DNA of 61,903 bases, counting the filler. It is 22 parts of 22 records of this genome, joined end to end, with 100 filler letters (N's around TTAATTAATTAA, not from the genome) between each part and the next. Parts side by side here need not be neighbours in the genome. Positions count along the whole stretch, not along the records: positions 1 to 5,369 come from SRR16133337_86126; positions 5,470 to 7,650 come from SRR16133337_86370; positions 7,751 to 10,530 come from SRR16133337_86372; positions 10,631 to 12,943 come from SRR16133337_86613; 18 more parts are not named here. One strand, written 5' to 3'. Shown here one piece after another: positions 1-11,415 of the stretch (position 1 is its first letter; each line of letters opens with the position of its first letter). The position numbers and the translations under genes were made by a program. The notes below the pieces were generated by a model. It was given only the letters and a program-made list of their open reading frames with translations, was not told where the DNA came from and did no database searches.

Positions 1-260
1 AATTAGTGGGTTTTGTCACTTTGTTGTTCTTACACAATAAAAATATTGCAATGACACCAAACTCATCCCACTAATTACTTCTCCGAAACTCACCCCACTA
101 ATTGAATTAATGGGTTGTGAGCACAAATAATTAGTGGTGTGAGATTGGGAAAATAATTAGTGGGATGAAGGCATAATGATTTTACTCGCAAAAAACATTA
201 AGTGGAATTATTTTTTACCCCACTAATTATTTTCTTTACACCATTAAATGAATTAGTGGG
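1..260. repeat. Cluster of AATTAGTGGG decamers in both orientations upstream of the Helitron ORF
   Basis: Exact copies at 1, 155 and 251 (+) and at 67, 94 and 219 (as CCCACTAATT); one-mismatch copies at 105 and 129. Confidence 0.85.
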
Positions 261-351
261 TTTTAGTAGTTGTGTTATTGCTGCAAATATTCAACAAAAA
301 AAGTATTATTCTCGCAACACAGGAGTTCTTTACACAACTGCAAGCTTAGAC

Positions 352-3300
352 ATGGACAGGCAGATGATTGTAGATCAGTCCCGATGTGATATTTGTGGAG
401 AAACACTTTCAAACACCCAAAACTTGGTAAGGCACAAGCGCTTGAAGCACACAGAATCAGCGCGTTTTGAATGCAATATTTGCCATAAAACTTTGAGGAC
501 GAAAGGGTCTTTGCATCAACACACAGAAAATAAGCATACCAAAGGAGGGGCGTTCCTGTGTGACATTTGTAAAGAAACTTTGAAGACGAAGAAATCTCTG
601 AAACAGCACAAAAAGAACAAGCATACCAAAGGAGAGGCATTCGTGTGTGACATTTGCAATAAAACCTTGAAGACGAAGGGATCCTTGAAACAGCACAAAA
701 AGAACAAACACACCAAAGGGAAGGCGTTTGCGTGTGAAATCTGCAATAAACTTTTGAAAACAGCCCAAACGTTGGAGCAGCACAGAAAGAACTTACACCG
801 GGAAAATGAAATATGCAAAGTGAAGTGCAATGTGTGTGGAAGATGGTTTTCTGATATATCGAAGATGCAGAAGCATCAGCAGTCCAGCGTTTGTAGAAAA
901 CCAGTTTGTGATACGTGTGGGAAACAATATGCGTCGCTAGGTGCGTTGTGCAATCATAGAAAAATCCATTTTGAAGATGACGGAAAATTCAAATGTGAAA
1001 AATGTGACATTTTCTTTTCAAGCAAACGAGAGTTGACTTGGCATCAACACAAAAACCATGGACTGCCTTTAAAAGGAGCTCAGTGTGACAAATGTTTTAC
1101 AAATTTCCGTGATGTATATCGACTCAAACGACATGACATGCATCACAATATTTTGTCGGGTCAGAGACCCGAATGTGAGAACGATTGTGATGAGGATGTG
1201 TATGATTTGCAAAATAATAGCGCTGGCTATCCAATGGATGTTCAAGTTTTGATATCAGAAAGAGCGCTGTTGAGAGGAAACGGGAGGGGGCGCATTCATA
1301 GCAAGCAGCACTTTTTCGTAACATGCGGAGTGTGTGGACGAACAAAATATAAGCCAGACCGGAACTATTGGGCTAACATTCCTGAATGTGAGACCTTGAA
1401 AGACACTTTGAAACATATTCCTTTGCGAAATCTTTATCCGGGAGTAGATCTGACAAATGTACGTGTGAAAAGATCAAAGAAAAAGGGGAAAATTGATAAA
1501 TTATCTGTATGCAATGGAGAGCACGGGCCAGAAATCAATTTACTTCGGCTAAGCACAATGAAGAAAAATATCATCCCTTGGCCGAAAGAAGCAGTTGCTT
1601 TAGTTGAACCATTCGAAACAGCACAGGTTGCGTTGGGGAGAATTTGCCGCAGAAATGAAAAACCTGCTCGTCCTGGAATTGATTTCAAGATTGCGCAAGG
1701 CGATATCACACACATGAGTAGGGATTGGGATTCCATCGGGGGACTGTTTGGCGTTTTGACCAGCACAGTGGGGACTAGATTCACACATTTACTCTCTAAA
1801 AATGCAATAGAATTCTTACATTGGGCGCAAAAAAATAATTATTTGTATATTGATATTTCACAAGAAGTATTGGAGCGGTTTAACGATGTGGAACCTGGTA
1901 TTGATGTTGGGGGGCCGATTCCAATTGCCACAAGGGATATAGAAGCTGTGCCACTGTACGATGGTGATTCAACTGTGCAAGCTCGGGCAGTGGCAAGTGG
2001 AAGTGAGGATGTTGGAATTTACGTTCCGACATTGGAATCTGATTTGAAGGAAGCCATGCTAGATGAAACACCAGAAAATATTGGTGAAGTGCTTAGAAAA
2101 GCTGCATTTAATGAGGACAATTGGAGAAACCACGCAAACGAAGTTATCGATTTACGATCGAAATCACCAAATTTAGAACATTATTTATTCCCAAAACTCT
2201 TCCCATTTGGAATTGGTGGATTTTGTGACGCTGGAATCGGTGCTTCTAAATACTGTAAACTACGCCTGGAAGCACCCCGGGATATGCCATACTTTCGTGA
2301 ATCGACAAATTGGGTTCTGTGGACTTTTGCGCGCAGATTCAAGGAACGAATTGCAGACTTTAATTTTCATGTGAGCACTTCCGGTGGGAAAACTGTAGCA
2401 CAATTATTAGATAAAGACAGTGGAGTCGATCTGGATCGTCATGTTGTCGTTCCACGAAACATTGGTGGGACAGCGCCATATTTCTATTCTGAATACCAAA
2501 AGTTACACGCAACAAGCTTACGTCCTGATGTGGGGATAGCTACATATTTTTTGACCGCAACACAATCTTTTCGGAACGATGACCTCAAGGCATTACTCTT
2601 AGACCACCTTAATGCAATCACAGAGCCTTGCAAACGAGCCTATGACACCCTGCAATATTACCTTTGGCAAATTGAGCAAATTAAAAAACAAAAAGATAAA
2701 TTATTTGGAGAACCAAACAATCCAGTCAAATTAATGTGGATCAGGCACGAAGCACAACCACAACGAGGTGCTATCCATGCACATATCAATATATTCCTAA
2801 CAAAACAATTGGATCCTTGCGATCCAGGAAAAGCGACAGTTCTAATCCCGTCAGAAGATGATAACTATCAAATACGAGAATTTGTGCGCGCACACCAACA
2901 ACACGACTGCACAAAAAGCACAAAATGTAACTCACCGTCGTCATGTCACTGGGAATTTCCAAAGGAATCATTTCAAGGCGAGATGGCAACGGTAACATAT
3001 GATGGGACACCAACAGAACAAAAACGTGAATTCGGAACAGTTGATGATGTAAGTGGGAAATTTATCTATCCAAGTGACTCTCTCTTTGAAGGCAATACAG
3101 TTGCATATGGTGAAGATCTTATCGATGTACTGAAAGGACACCACAATCTTGAACGTGTCACGAAAATGGGGTATCTGGAGTATCAGACAAAATATGCAGT
3201 AAAAAGTCGCGATGTGATTGGACTAAAATTGCTCAGCAAACGGCGAGGATTCAAAAGCTATGTCGAACGAAGAATCACATCTGAGCAAGAAGCAATATTC

Positions 3301-5369
3301 TGGTTGCTTGGACGTTCTTACGTACAATACGAGCCACGAAGTGAAAAACCAATTTACATTCCAACATTTTTGGAGAAAGACAGATTTCGTCGTATTAAAA
3401 GAAAGTCTCAACTTGAAGAAATACAGAAAAATAATGATTCGTCAGATGACTATTTATATCCTGGCATGTGGGAACATTACCTCCAGAGACATGACGACTT
3501 AAAGGGCCTGACATTTTATGACTTTTGCGCTGAATGGAAAGTCGACTACGCAGCAAAACACAACCGAAACACAAAAGATACATCCTTTAACAATGAAAAT
3601 AAACTTCAGTCATTCAAAAACAAATCTGGATATGTGATATCAAAACGAGGGGGGAAACGTCCACTATATGATACATTTTTGACTCCACTCGACGGTGAAA
3701 AGTTCTATAAACAATTGTTACTGAAACGACATCCTATTTGGATCGCCACAGATGACGACGATGAAACAGAACAGAAAACATTTTTCCACGAGGAGAACAC
3801 AAATCGCACGTTTCAGATGGAATGTTTTCTTCGCGAAGTGATAACGGATCCGAAACACGACGTGGATTCCCTAGCAATCTTGGAGGATGCAAAAACACGA
3901 GGACTATCGCCGATGCAAGTGAGGAGAATATGTACACAAATGAAGGTTTGTGGGATTTGCGACAACACAATTGAAGAAGCTGTGAAAGCAACATACGGAG
4001 ACGTATCGGTACTGAAAGATGTTCCACAGTTTGAAAGTATTGAAGATACGATTGAGCAAAACTTGATGAACGAAAATTTTGATGAGTTTGATGGACAAGT
4101 TCTCGACCCCGTGTATGAACAAATGTTGCAACAAAGAATGAATGACTTTGAGTGTAATTGGAAGAAATGTACTGATGATCAGAGGAGGATCATTAATACA
4201 GTTTGTGGCCGAAGGGAAATTGAATGTATTCTTGGGAGTGCGGGAACAGGAAAAAGCTTTACATGTAGAATGATTCGAGATAAACTATTGCGAGATTCGA
4301 AAGGAAAAGAACTTGTTATAATGTCTGCTACAACGGGAATTGCAGCATTAGAAATTGCTGGATCCACCATACATCGCGTTTGTGGGTTTGTGGGAGAAAA
4401 TTTTTCTTGCAAGCTCTCTGTAGGGTCTTCGAGATATTTGGATTTGCAAATAGCAACAACAGTGATTGTCGATGAAGTAAGTATGATGACAGGACGGATG
4501 CTGGAGGGAATTCTGAAAGCTCTCAAATTCGTAGCAAGAACACAAAATGATAAAAGACATAGAACTGGTGGAAAACGTCTTATTCTAGTGGGCGATTTTT
4601 TCCAGTTACCACCAGTCATTTCTTCCAAAGCACAACGAAAACGTAGACGAGATAAACAACAGTATGATATGGAATTATGGCGTTACGAATGGTTCAGTGA
4701 TAAGTCTTTTGCGCATTGCTGGGAACTCAGAGATATTAAAAGGCAATCTAACAAACGTTTCATGGAGTTCTTGCAAAGAATAAGAACAGAAAATCCCACT
4801 GAAGACGATATGGAATATTTGAAAGCCAGGACTTGTGGTGGATGTGATGAATGCTGGGATTTCATTGGCAAGACTGGCCTCGCACTGGTCGCTCATAGAA
4901 AAACTCGTGACGCAATCAACAATAAAAAATACCAAGACATGAAAGAAAAAAGAGGTGAAGACTTTATTGAACAATCATACACTGCACATGATTATTTTGG
5001 GGGGAGACGAGTGGAGTCAAGCCGTACAAGTTCTAGAATGTCCAAGGATGAACGAGCAATGCCATATAAATTGAACATAGCAGTTGATATGCCGGTTATT
5101 TGTATGCTGAATGTCAATGCTGAAGAGTTCCAGATGAATGGTGCTTTAGGTGACGTGACTGAAGTTTTCAGAAACTGTGTTCGTGTAAAGCTGAGGAAAA
5201 CTGGAAACACTGTTACATTCAAAAGAGAGAAGCAATATGTTTCTGTTGGTGGAAATCAATACATTCGATATCAAATTCCAGTGCTTCCAGCATGGGCGGT
5301 TACGGCGCATAAATCCCAAGGACAAACATTAGAACACGTTCGTGTAACATTGTCGAAAGAACTGTGGGC
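352..5369 (+). CDS. Helitron/Helentron-type Rep-helicase: N-terminal zinc-finger array, HUH Rep domain, PIF1-family helicase; 3' end cut by contig end
   Basis: First ATG at 352 (the ORF track starts at GTG 202). Nine CxxC..H zinc fingers (385-1146). Rep motif 1 TYFLTAT, motif 2 EAQPQRGAIHAH, motif 3 YQTKY. PIF1 motifs GSAGTGKS, SATTGIAA, TIH, IVDEVSM, LVGDFFQLPPV, KRQ, QIPVLPAWAVTAHKSQGQTL. Runs into the N linker. Confidence 0.9.
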
Positions 5370-5469
5370 NNNNNNNNNNNNNNNNNNNNNNNNNNNNNNN
5401 NNNNNNNNNNNNNTTAATTAATTAANNNNNNNNNNNNNNNNNNNNNNNNNNNNNNNNNNNNNNNNNNNN
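5370..5469. other. Artificial contig linker (Ns plus TTAATTAATTAA); 21 such linkers split the window into 22 contigs
   Basis: Same 100-nt pattern at 5370, 7651, 10531, 12944, 15148, 17666, 20043, 23363, 25817, 28217, 30335, 32867, 35966, 40245, 43180, 45623, 48156, 50557, 53418, 55533 and 57789. Confidence 0.98.
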
Positions 5470-5522
5470 TTCACCATCTGCAAGACTGCAAGACAAATAG
5501 ACAATAACTGAAAGCTTACAGC
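5470..5522 (+). repeat. Bacterial dispersed repeat family A (TCACCATCTGCAAGAC..., modular 7-8 bp units)
   Basis: Matches the reverse complement of 48077-48121 and 61873-61891; related to 7751-7780 and 10484-10530. All copies lie at or near contig ends. Confidence 0.75.
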
Positions 5523-5543
5523 TTATAACCTAAAATAAAAGAA

Positions 5544-7604
5544 ATGAATCCATTATTACAAAAATTCAACAACCCGTATGCTACGGTTCCTTTTTCTAAA
5601 ATAAAAAAGGAGCATTACAAACCCGCCTTTAAAAAAGGTATTAAAATGGCAAAAGAGGAAATAGATCAAATTGTTGACAATCCTAAAAATCCAACATTTG
5701 AAAACACAACGGTTGCTCTAGAAAATTCGGGAGAGTTGTTGGAAAGAATTTCAAGTATTTTTTTCAACTTAAACGCTGCTGAAACGAATGATGAAATGCA
5801 ACAAATTGCCCAAGAGGTTTCTCCATGGCTTTCCGAATTCTCAAATGACATTCGATTAAATAAAGATTTGTTTCAAAAAGTGAAAGCAGTATACGATTCC
5901 AGAGCTACTTTAGGTTTGAATCCTGAAGAAACGATGCTTCTTGAAAAACAATACAAAGGTTTTTCCCGAAACGGGGCAAATTTAAACGAAAAAGATAAAA
6001 CTGCTTTGAGAGAGATGGATATAAAACTTTCCAAATTAGCTTTGCAATTTGGAGAGCATGTCTTGGCAGAAACCAAGGGCTATGAATTGCAAATCACAGA
6101 AGCATCTCAATTAATAGGATTGCCAGACGGGGCTATTGAAATGGCCAAACAAACCGCCACTCAAAAAGAAAAAGAAGGCTGGATCTTTACTTTAGACTCT
6201 CCTAGTTATATGCCTTTTATGACCTATTTAGAGGATAGAACTCTCAGAAAAGAAATAGCAATTGCTTTTGGAAAAAGAGCCTTTCAAGGAAACGAATATG
6301 ACAACCAAGAGTTGGTTTTAGAGATGGTAAAATTACGTTACCAAAGAGCTCGTTTATTAGGGTATGCAACGCATGCACACTTTATTTTGGAGGAACGCAT
6401 GGCAGAAAATCCAGAAACGGTTTTAAATTTTTCAAACGAATTGTTGCAAAAAGTAAAACCGATCGCCCAAAAAGAATTCGAGTCTTTAACTATTTTTGCC
6501 CAAAAAGAGGGAATCGATTCTTTGCAAAAATGGGATGGTTCTTATTATTCTGAAAAGTTAAAAAAGGAATTGTTTGATTTTGATGAAGAAGCTTTGAGAC
6601 CTTATTTTAAATTAGAAAATGTAGTAGAGGGTGTTTTTACCGTAGCCCATCGATTATTTGGATTGTCTTTTGAAGAGGTCTTTGATATCGACACGTATCA
6701 TAAAGAGGTAAAAACGTATAAAGTAACGGATGAACAAAATAAATACATCGCTATTTTTTATGCAGATTTTTTCCCCAGACCAGGAAAAAGAAATGGTGCT
6801 TGGATGACTTCTTATAAAAGTCAATCTATTAAAAACGGGATTCATAGCAGACCTCATATTTCGAATGTTTGTAATTTTACAAAACCAACGGCTACCCAAC
6901 CTTCTTTATTAACCTTTCAGGAGGTTAAAACTTTGTTTCATGAATTTGGACATGGATTGCATGGAATGCTTGCCAATACCACCTATGCTAGTTTATCTGG
7001 AACTAACGTACCTTGGGATTTTGTGGAATTGCCAAGTCAGATTTTTGAAAACTGGTGTTATGAAGAAGCCGTTTTAAAATTGTTTGCCAAACATTATCAA
7101 ACGGGAGAAGTGATTCCGATGGATTTGATAAAAAAAATAAAAAAAGCAGCTCATTTTTTAGAAGGGATGCAAACGTTACGTCAGTTGAGTTTTGGTTTGT
7201 TAGATATGAGCTGGCATGGAGGAGATCCAACGGAAATTTACCAGGTAAAAGATTTTGAAAGGACTTGTTTTGCAGGTACGCAATTGTATCCAGAAGTAGC
7301 AGAAAATTGTATGAGTACTTCTTTTTCTCATATTTTTCAAGGAGGTTATTCTGCAGGATATTATTCCTACAAATGGGCAGAAGTTTTGGATGCCGACGCT
7401 TTTGAGTATTTTAAAGAAGAAGGTATTTTTAATAGAGAAATCGGGGAAAAGTTTAAAAATACGATTTTATCTCAGGGAGGAACTCAAAAGCCAATGGACT
7501 TATATATACAATTTAGGGGTCAAAAGCCAAATTCGGATGCATTGTTAAAAAGGGCGAGATTGTTAGAACATACCCCAAATAATTTGGTTTTTAATACGAA
7601 ATAA
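5544..7604 (+). CDS. dcp: M3 family metallopeptidase (peptidyl-dipeptidase Dcp / oligopeptidase A-like)
   Basis: N-terminus MNPLL; KRNGAWM; zinc motif HEFGH; WDFVELPSQ; FSHIFQGGYSAGYYSYKWAEVLDAD; 686 aa. Confidence 0.92.
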   Translation: MNPLLQKFNNPYATVPFSKIKKEHYKPAFKKGIKMAKEEIDQIVDNPKNPTFENTTVALENSGELLERISSIFFNLNAAETNDEMQQIAQEVSPWLSEFSNDIRLNKDLFQKVKAVYDSRATLGLNPEETMLLEKQYKGFSRNGANLNEKDKTALREMDIKLSKLALQFGEHVLAETKGYELQITEASQLIGLPDGAIEMAKQTATQKEKEGWIFTLDSPSYMPFMTYLEDRTLRKEIAIAFGKRAFQGNEYDNQELVLEMVKLRYQRARLLGYATHAHFILEERMAENPETVLNFSNELLQKVKPIAQKEFESLTIFAQKEGIDSLQKWDGSYYSEKLKKELFDFDEEALRPYFKLENVVEGVFTVAHRLFGLSFEEVFDIDTYHKEVKTYKVTDEQNKYIAIFYADFFPRPGKRNGAWMTSYKSQSIKNGIHSRPHISNVCNFTKPTATQPSLLTFQEVKTLFHEFGHGLHGMLANTTYASLSGTNVPWDFVELPSQIFENWCYEEAVLKLFAKHYQTGEVIPMDLIKKIKKAAHFLEGMQTLRQLSFGLLDMSWHGGDPTEIYQVKDFERTCFAGTQLYPEVAENCMSTSFSHIFQGGYSAGYYSYKWAEVLDADAFEYFKEEGIFNREIGEKFKNTILSQGGTQKPMDLYIQFRGQKPNSDALLKRARLLEHTPNNLVFNTK

Positions 7605-7803
7605 TAGGCTCTATACTCAGAGGCTTGCTATTTTTGTTGGGAACAAGGCANNNNNNNNNNNNNNNNNNNNNNNNNNNNNNNNNNNNNNNNNNNNTTAATT
7701 AATTAANNNNNNNNNNNNNNNNNNNNNNNNNNNNNNNNNNNNNNNNNNNNGTATCACCAATCTGCAAGACTGCATGACAATAATGCAGATAGCCTACCTA
7801 TCC

Positions 7804-8625
7804 CTAGAGTGAACTTTTCTTCTTATTTAGAAACATAGAATAGAGACCGATTACGATCAACGGGATACTTAGCAACTGTCCTGTATTTAAAGCCCAATCT
7901 CCTCTTTCATCAATTTGAGCTTCTTTTAAAAATTCAATGGCAAAGCGAACAGACCATAAACTCGCAAAAAAGAATCCAAATAAATAACCTAACTGTTCTT
8001 TTTTATTGGTTTTCCAGTACAGATGCCATAAGATGAAGAAAATAATTAAATAGCTAAATGCTTCATACAACTGTGTGGGATGTCTTGGAAAATTTTCTCC
8101 TAATTTTTTGAATATAATTCCAAAATTACTTCCTGTTGGCTTTCCAATAATTTCAGAATTCATTAAATTTCCAATACGAATAAAAAAGCTAGCCAAAGCT
8201 ATAACAATGCTTACTCTATCGAGTATAAAAAAGAACGGTTTTTTAAGAATCTTTTTACTATATAAATACAAAGCGGTAGCAATTCCAATAGCGGCACCAT
8301 GACTTGCGAGACCTGCAAAACCTGTAAATTCAAATTCTGGAGTAAAACGAAAGGGTAACAATATTTCTGCCAAATGATTTTTAAAATATGCCCAATCATA
8401 AAAAAATACGTGTCCCAAACGGGCTCCTAAAACCGTTGCTAAAATGGTATACACAAATAGTTTGTCTAACTTTTCTAAAGAAATCCCATCTTTGATAAAT
8501 ATTTTTTTCATCAATGCCAAGCCCAAACCAAATCCTAAGACAAACATCAAACTGTAATAGCGAATGGTAAAAAACCCTAGATTGATTCCTAAAGGAGGAT
8601 CCCATGTAATGGATAAATAGTTCAT
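7804..8625 (-). CDS. lgt: Prolipoprotein diacylglyceryl transferase
   Basis: Multiple hydrophobic segments; GARLGH, GLASHG, RIGNLMNSEIIG, RHPTQLYE, RFAIEF, GQLLSIP motifs. Confidence 0.96.
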   Translation of the reverse strand: MNYLSITWDPPLGINLGFFTIRYYSLMFVLGFGLGLALMKKIFIKDGISLEKLDKLFVYTILATVLGARLGHVFFYDWAYFKNHLAEILLPFRFTPEFEFTGFAGLASHGAAIGIATALYLYSKKILKKPFFFILDRVSIVIALASFFIRIGNLMNSEIIGKPTGSNFGIIFKKLGENFPRHPTQLYEAFSYLIIFFILWHLYWKTNKKEQLGYLFGFFFASLWSVRFAIEFLKEAQIDERGDWALNTGQLLSIPLIVIGLYSMFLNKKKSSL

Positions 8626-8687
8626 TTATTTTTATTGTTGAGTTGTTGAATATAGGTTTCTTTTGACTTTCCAATAATGATTGCCTT

Positions 8688-8921
8688 TTAGGGAACAGGA
8701 TCAGAACCTTTATTTCCCCAAGGATGGCAACTAAATATTCTTTTTATTGCCAATCTGCCTCCTTTTAACAATCCATATTTTTGAAGTGCTTCCATAGTAT
8801 AATGAGAACAGGTTGGTAAATACCTACAGGTTGATGGTGTATAGGGCGAAATCAATATTTGATACAAACGCACCAAAAGAACTAATGGAAAAATGGCTAT
8901 TTGTTTTGAGTATCGTTTCAA
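8688..8921 (-). CDS. yidD: Membrane protein insertion efficiency factor
   Basis: [30 protein letters not shown] signature; its start overlaps the cysS stop (ATGA). Confidence 0.96.
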   Translation of the reverse strand: MKRYSKQIAIFPLVLLVRLYQILISPYTPSTCRYLPTCSHYTMEALQKYGLLKGGRLAIKRIFSCHPWGNKGSDPVP

Positions 8922-10390
8922 CTTACAGAAAATATCGTTCCTTCTTTCCCGTCTTTTAATTGAATCCCTAAACGCGATAATCCATCACGAATTTGATCTG
9001 ACAAGGCCCAGTTTTTATGCTCTCTTGCTTCTTTTCTTAACTGAATTAACAATTCAACAGCTCCATTTAATTTTCCAGAATTGTGGTGATTGGCTTCGTC
9101 AACCAGTCCTAGCACCTCAAAAACAAAAGAATTGAATGTCTTTGTAAAGCATTCTAAATCTTGTTTGGAGATCGTTTCTTTTCCGTTGTTTATTAAATTT
9201 ATATACTTAACTCCCTCAAACAACTGTGCTATTAAAATAGGACTGTTAAAATCGTCATTCATCGCTGCATAACAAGAAGATTTCCATTTCGAAATCTCCA
9301 CAGAAGAAACCTTAGAAGGTTTTAAGTCTTGTAAGATCCGTACTCCTTGCATTAGTTTTTGAAACCCTTTTTCTGAAGCTTCCAATGCAATACTAGAAAA
9401 ATCTAGGTGACTTCTATAATGTGCTTGTAACATAAAGAAACGAGTTACACTTGGTGTAAAGGCTTTTTCTAAAAGGTTATTATTTCCTGAAAATATTTCT
9501 TCGGGTAAAATATTATTGCCTGTAGATTTTGCCATTTTTTGCCCATCTAAGGTCAGCATATTCGCATGCATCCAATAGTTTACAGGATTTTTTCCATGAC
9601 TACATTTCGCTTGTGCAATTTCACATTCATGATGTGGAAATTTCAAATCCATGCCTCCTCCATGAATATCAAATTGATCGCCCAAGTATTTTGTACTCAT
9701 CGCTGTACATTCTAAATGCCAACCTGGAAAACCAACACTCCAAGGGGAAGACCAGTGCATTATATGTTCTGGACTTGCTTTTTTCCACAAAGCAAAATCT
9801 TGAGGGTTTTTCTTTTCAGATTGTCCGTCTAACATACGTGTATTATGAATAGAATCTTCCATATTTCTGCCAGATAAGATTCCATAATTTTCAGATTTGT
9901 TGTATTTTAAAACATCAAAATAAACAGAACCCTTTACAACGTATGCCAAACCTTTGTTTAAAATATTTTGGATCATTTCTATTTGCTCTAAAATATGTCC
10001 CGTTGCAGTAGGTTCTATACTGGGCGGTAAATTGTTGAATTTATGTAAAATTTCATGAAAATCAACGGTATAGCGTTGCACCACTTCCATGGGTTCTATT
10101 TGTTCTATACGTGCTTTTTTAACAATTCTATCTTCACCAGCATTATTTTCTAAATGACCTGCATCTGTAATATTCCGTACATAGCGGACTTTATAACCCA
10201 AATGTCTTAAATATCGAAATATTAAGTCAAAAGAGACAAAGGTTCTTACATTTCCTAAATGTACCTTGTTGTAAACTGTAGGCCCACATACATACATTCC
10301 TACAGAACCTTCATTAATGGGAGTGAAAATTTCTTTTTTTTTGCTTAACGAATTGTAAATTTTAAGCGGGTTTTCTTTGTATAAACTCAT
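8918..10390 (-). CDS. cysS: Cysteine--tRNA ligase
   Basis: [55 protein letters not shown]. Confidence 0.98.
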   Translation of the reverse strand: MSLYKENPLKIYNSLSKKKEIFTPINEGSVGMYVCGPTVYNKVHLGNVRTFVSFDLIFRYLRHLGYKVRYVRNITDAGHLENNAGEDRIVKKARIEQIEPMEVVQRYTVDFHEILHKFNNLPPSIEPTATGHILEQIEMIQNILNKGLAYVVKGSVYFDVLKYNKSENYGILSGRNMEDSIHNTRMLDGQSEKKNPQDFALWKKASPEHIMHWSSPWSVGFPGWHLECTAMSTKYLGDQFDIHGGGMDLKFPHHECEIAQAKCSHGKNPVNYWMHANMLTLDGQKMAKSTGNNILPEEIFSGNNNLLEKAFTPSVTRFFMLQAHYRSHLDFSSIALEASEKGFQKLMQGVRILQDLKPSKVSSVEISKWKSSCYAAMNDDFNSPILIAQLFEGVKYINLINNGKETISKQDLECFTKTFNSFVFEVLGLVDEANHHNSGKLNGAVELLIQLRKEAREHKNWALSDQIRDGLSRLGIQLKDGKEGTIFSVS

Positions 10391-10651
10391 TTTGTACTTA
10401 GGGTCTTTAAAGAGCGTAAAGATAAAAACTATTGGGATATTAGAAAATATATCCGTAATTGTTTATTGAGGGTCGTTTTTGGTGGATTGGTGATACGGTC
10501 TTTTTTGTCATGCAGTCGGGTTGTCTTGCGNNNNNNNNNNNNNNNNNNNNNNNNNNNNNNNNNNNNNNNNNNNNTTAATTAATTAANNNNNNNNNNNNNN
10601 NNNNNNNNNNNNNNNNNNNNNNNNNNNNNNGTTGTAGATAGATAATCGACG

Positions 10652-11415
10652 ATGAAAACTACAACGAGCCTTCTTCTGATCGTGGTGTTTTGCTTCGGTG
10701 CTTATGGTGAGTTTCCGATCGAGTGGCGCAAAAAAGAAAATGATGTTTTTGAAATTGAATTCCAAAAGTTGACGGCAGGAAAATGTTCCCTTCGTTCAAG
10801 CCAAACGTTCAAGCCAAACCGTTTTTGCTTTTCTCTCCTTTTTTATTTGTCGCATTTTTCTACCCCGAAAAACGCAAAAAAATGTTTCTGGCTGTTTTGT
10901 TTTGTGCTTATTTTCTACTTTTTTTATTTCACCCACTTTTGTTTTGTGTTTTAGGATTGGACAACGTTCATGATAACAAATCATCAAGTCCTCCACCATC
11001 ACCTCCAAGTCCACCACCTTCTCCTCCTAGTCCTCCACCATCACCACCTAGCCCACCTCCATCACCACCTAGTCCATCACCACCTTCTCCTCCTAGTCCT
11101 TCTCCACCATCACCACCAAGTCCTAGTCCAAGTCCAAGCCCAAGCCCAAGTCCTTCTCCAAGTTCAAGTTCATCAAGTTCATCTGATAGCGGAACAGGCG
11201 ATGGTAAGTATTTGTGATCTTATTAATTTTGTGATCTTATTTGACGATTCTTTTCAAAGTTCGGCTTGTTTTCACATCGAATTGAAAAAAATGTGAAAAA
11301 TGAACTTCGTCTATTTTCTTTTTCAGACACTGGCGACGGTGGATCATACGATGATGGCGACAGAGACTCCACTGATGGCGGTGGATCACGTGGCGGTCCT
11401 AGGAATGGAAATTAA
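10652..11415 (+). CDS. Spliced eukaryotic gene for a small secreted Ser/Pro-rich (extensin/HRGP-like) protein, about 130 aa; exons 10652-10706, 10955-11203, 11327-11415
   Basis: Signal peptide MKTTTSLLLIVVFCFGAYG. GTGAGT and GTAAGT donors and pyrimidine-rich TAG/CAG acceptors, both introns phase 1 and frame-consistent. (SPPP/SPP)n then (SP)n tract, Gly/Asp-rich tail, TAA at 11413-11415. Confidence 0.8.

Noticed and set aside
275-5222. Many minus-strand and alternate-frame ORFs over the Helitron gene, and similar shadows over bacterial genes
   Set aside because: Antisense or out-of-frame shadows of well-supported genes, with no motifs of their own.
5370-5469. Recurring TTAATTAATTAA motif and ORFs ending in X..LIN
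   Set aside because: Artificial linker with stops in all frames, not biological.
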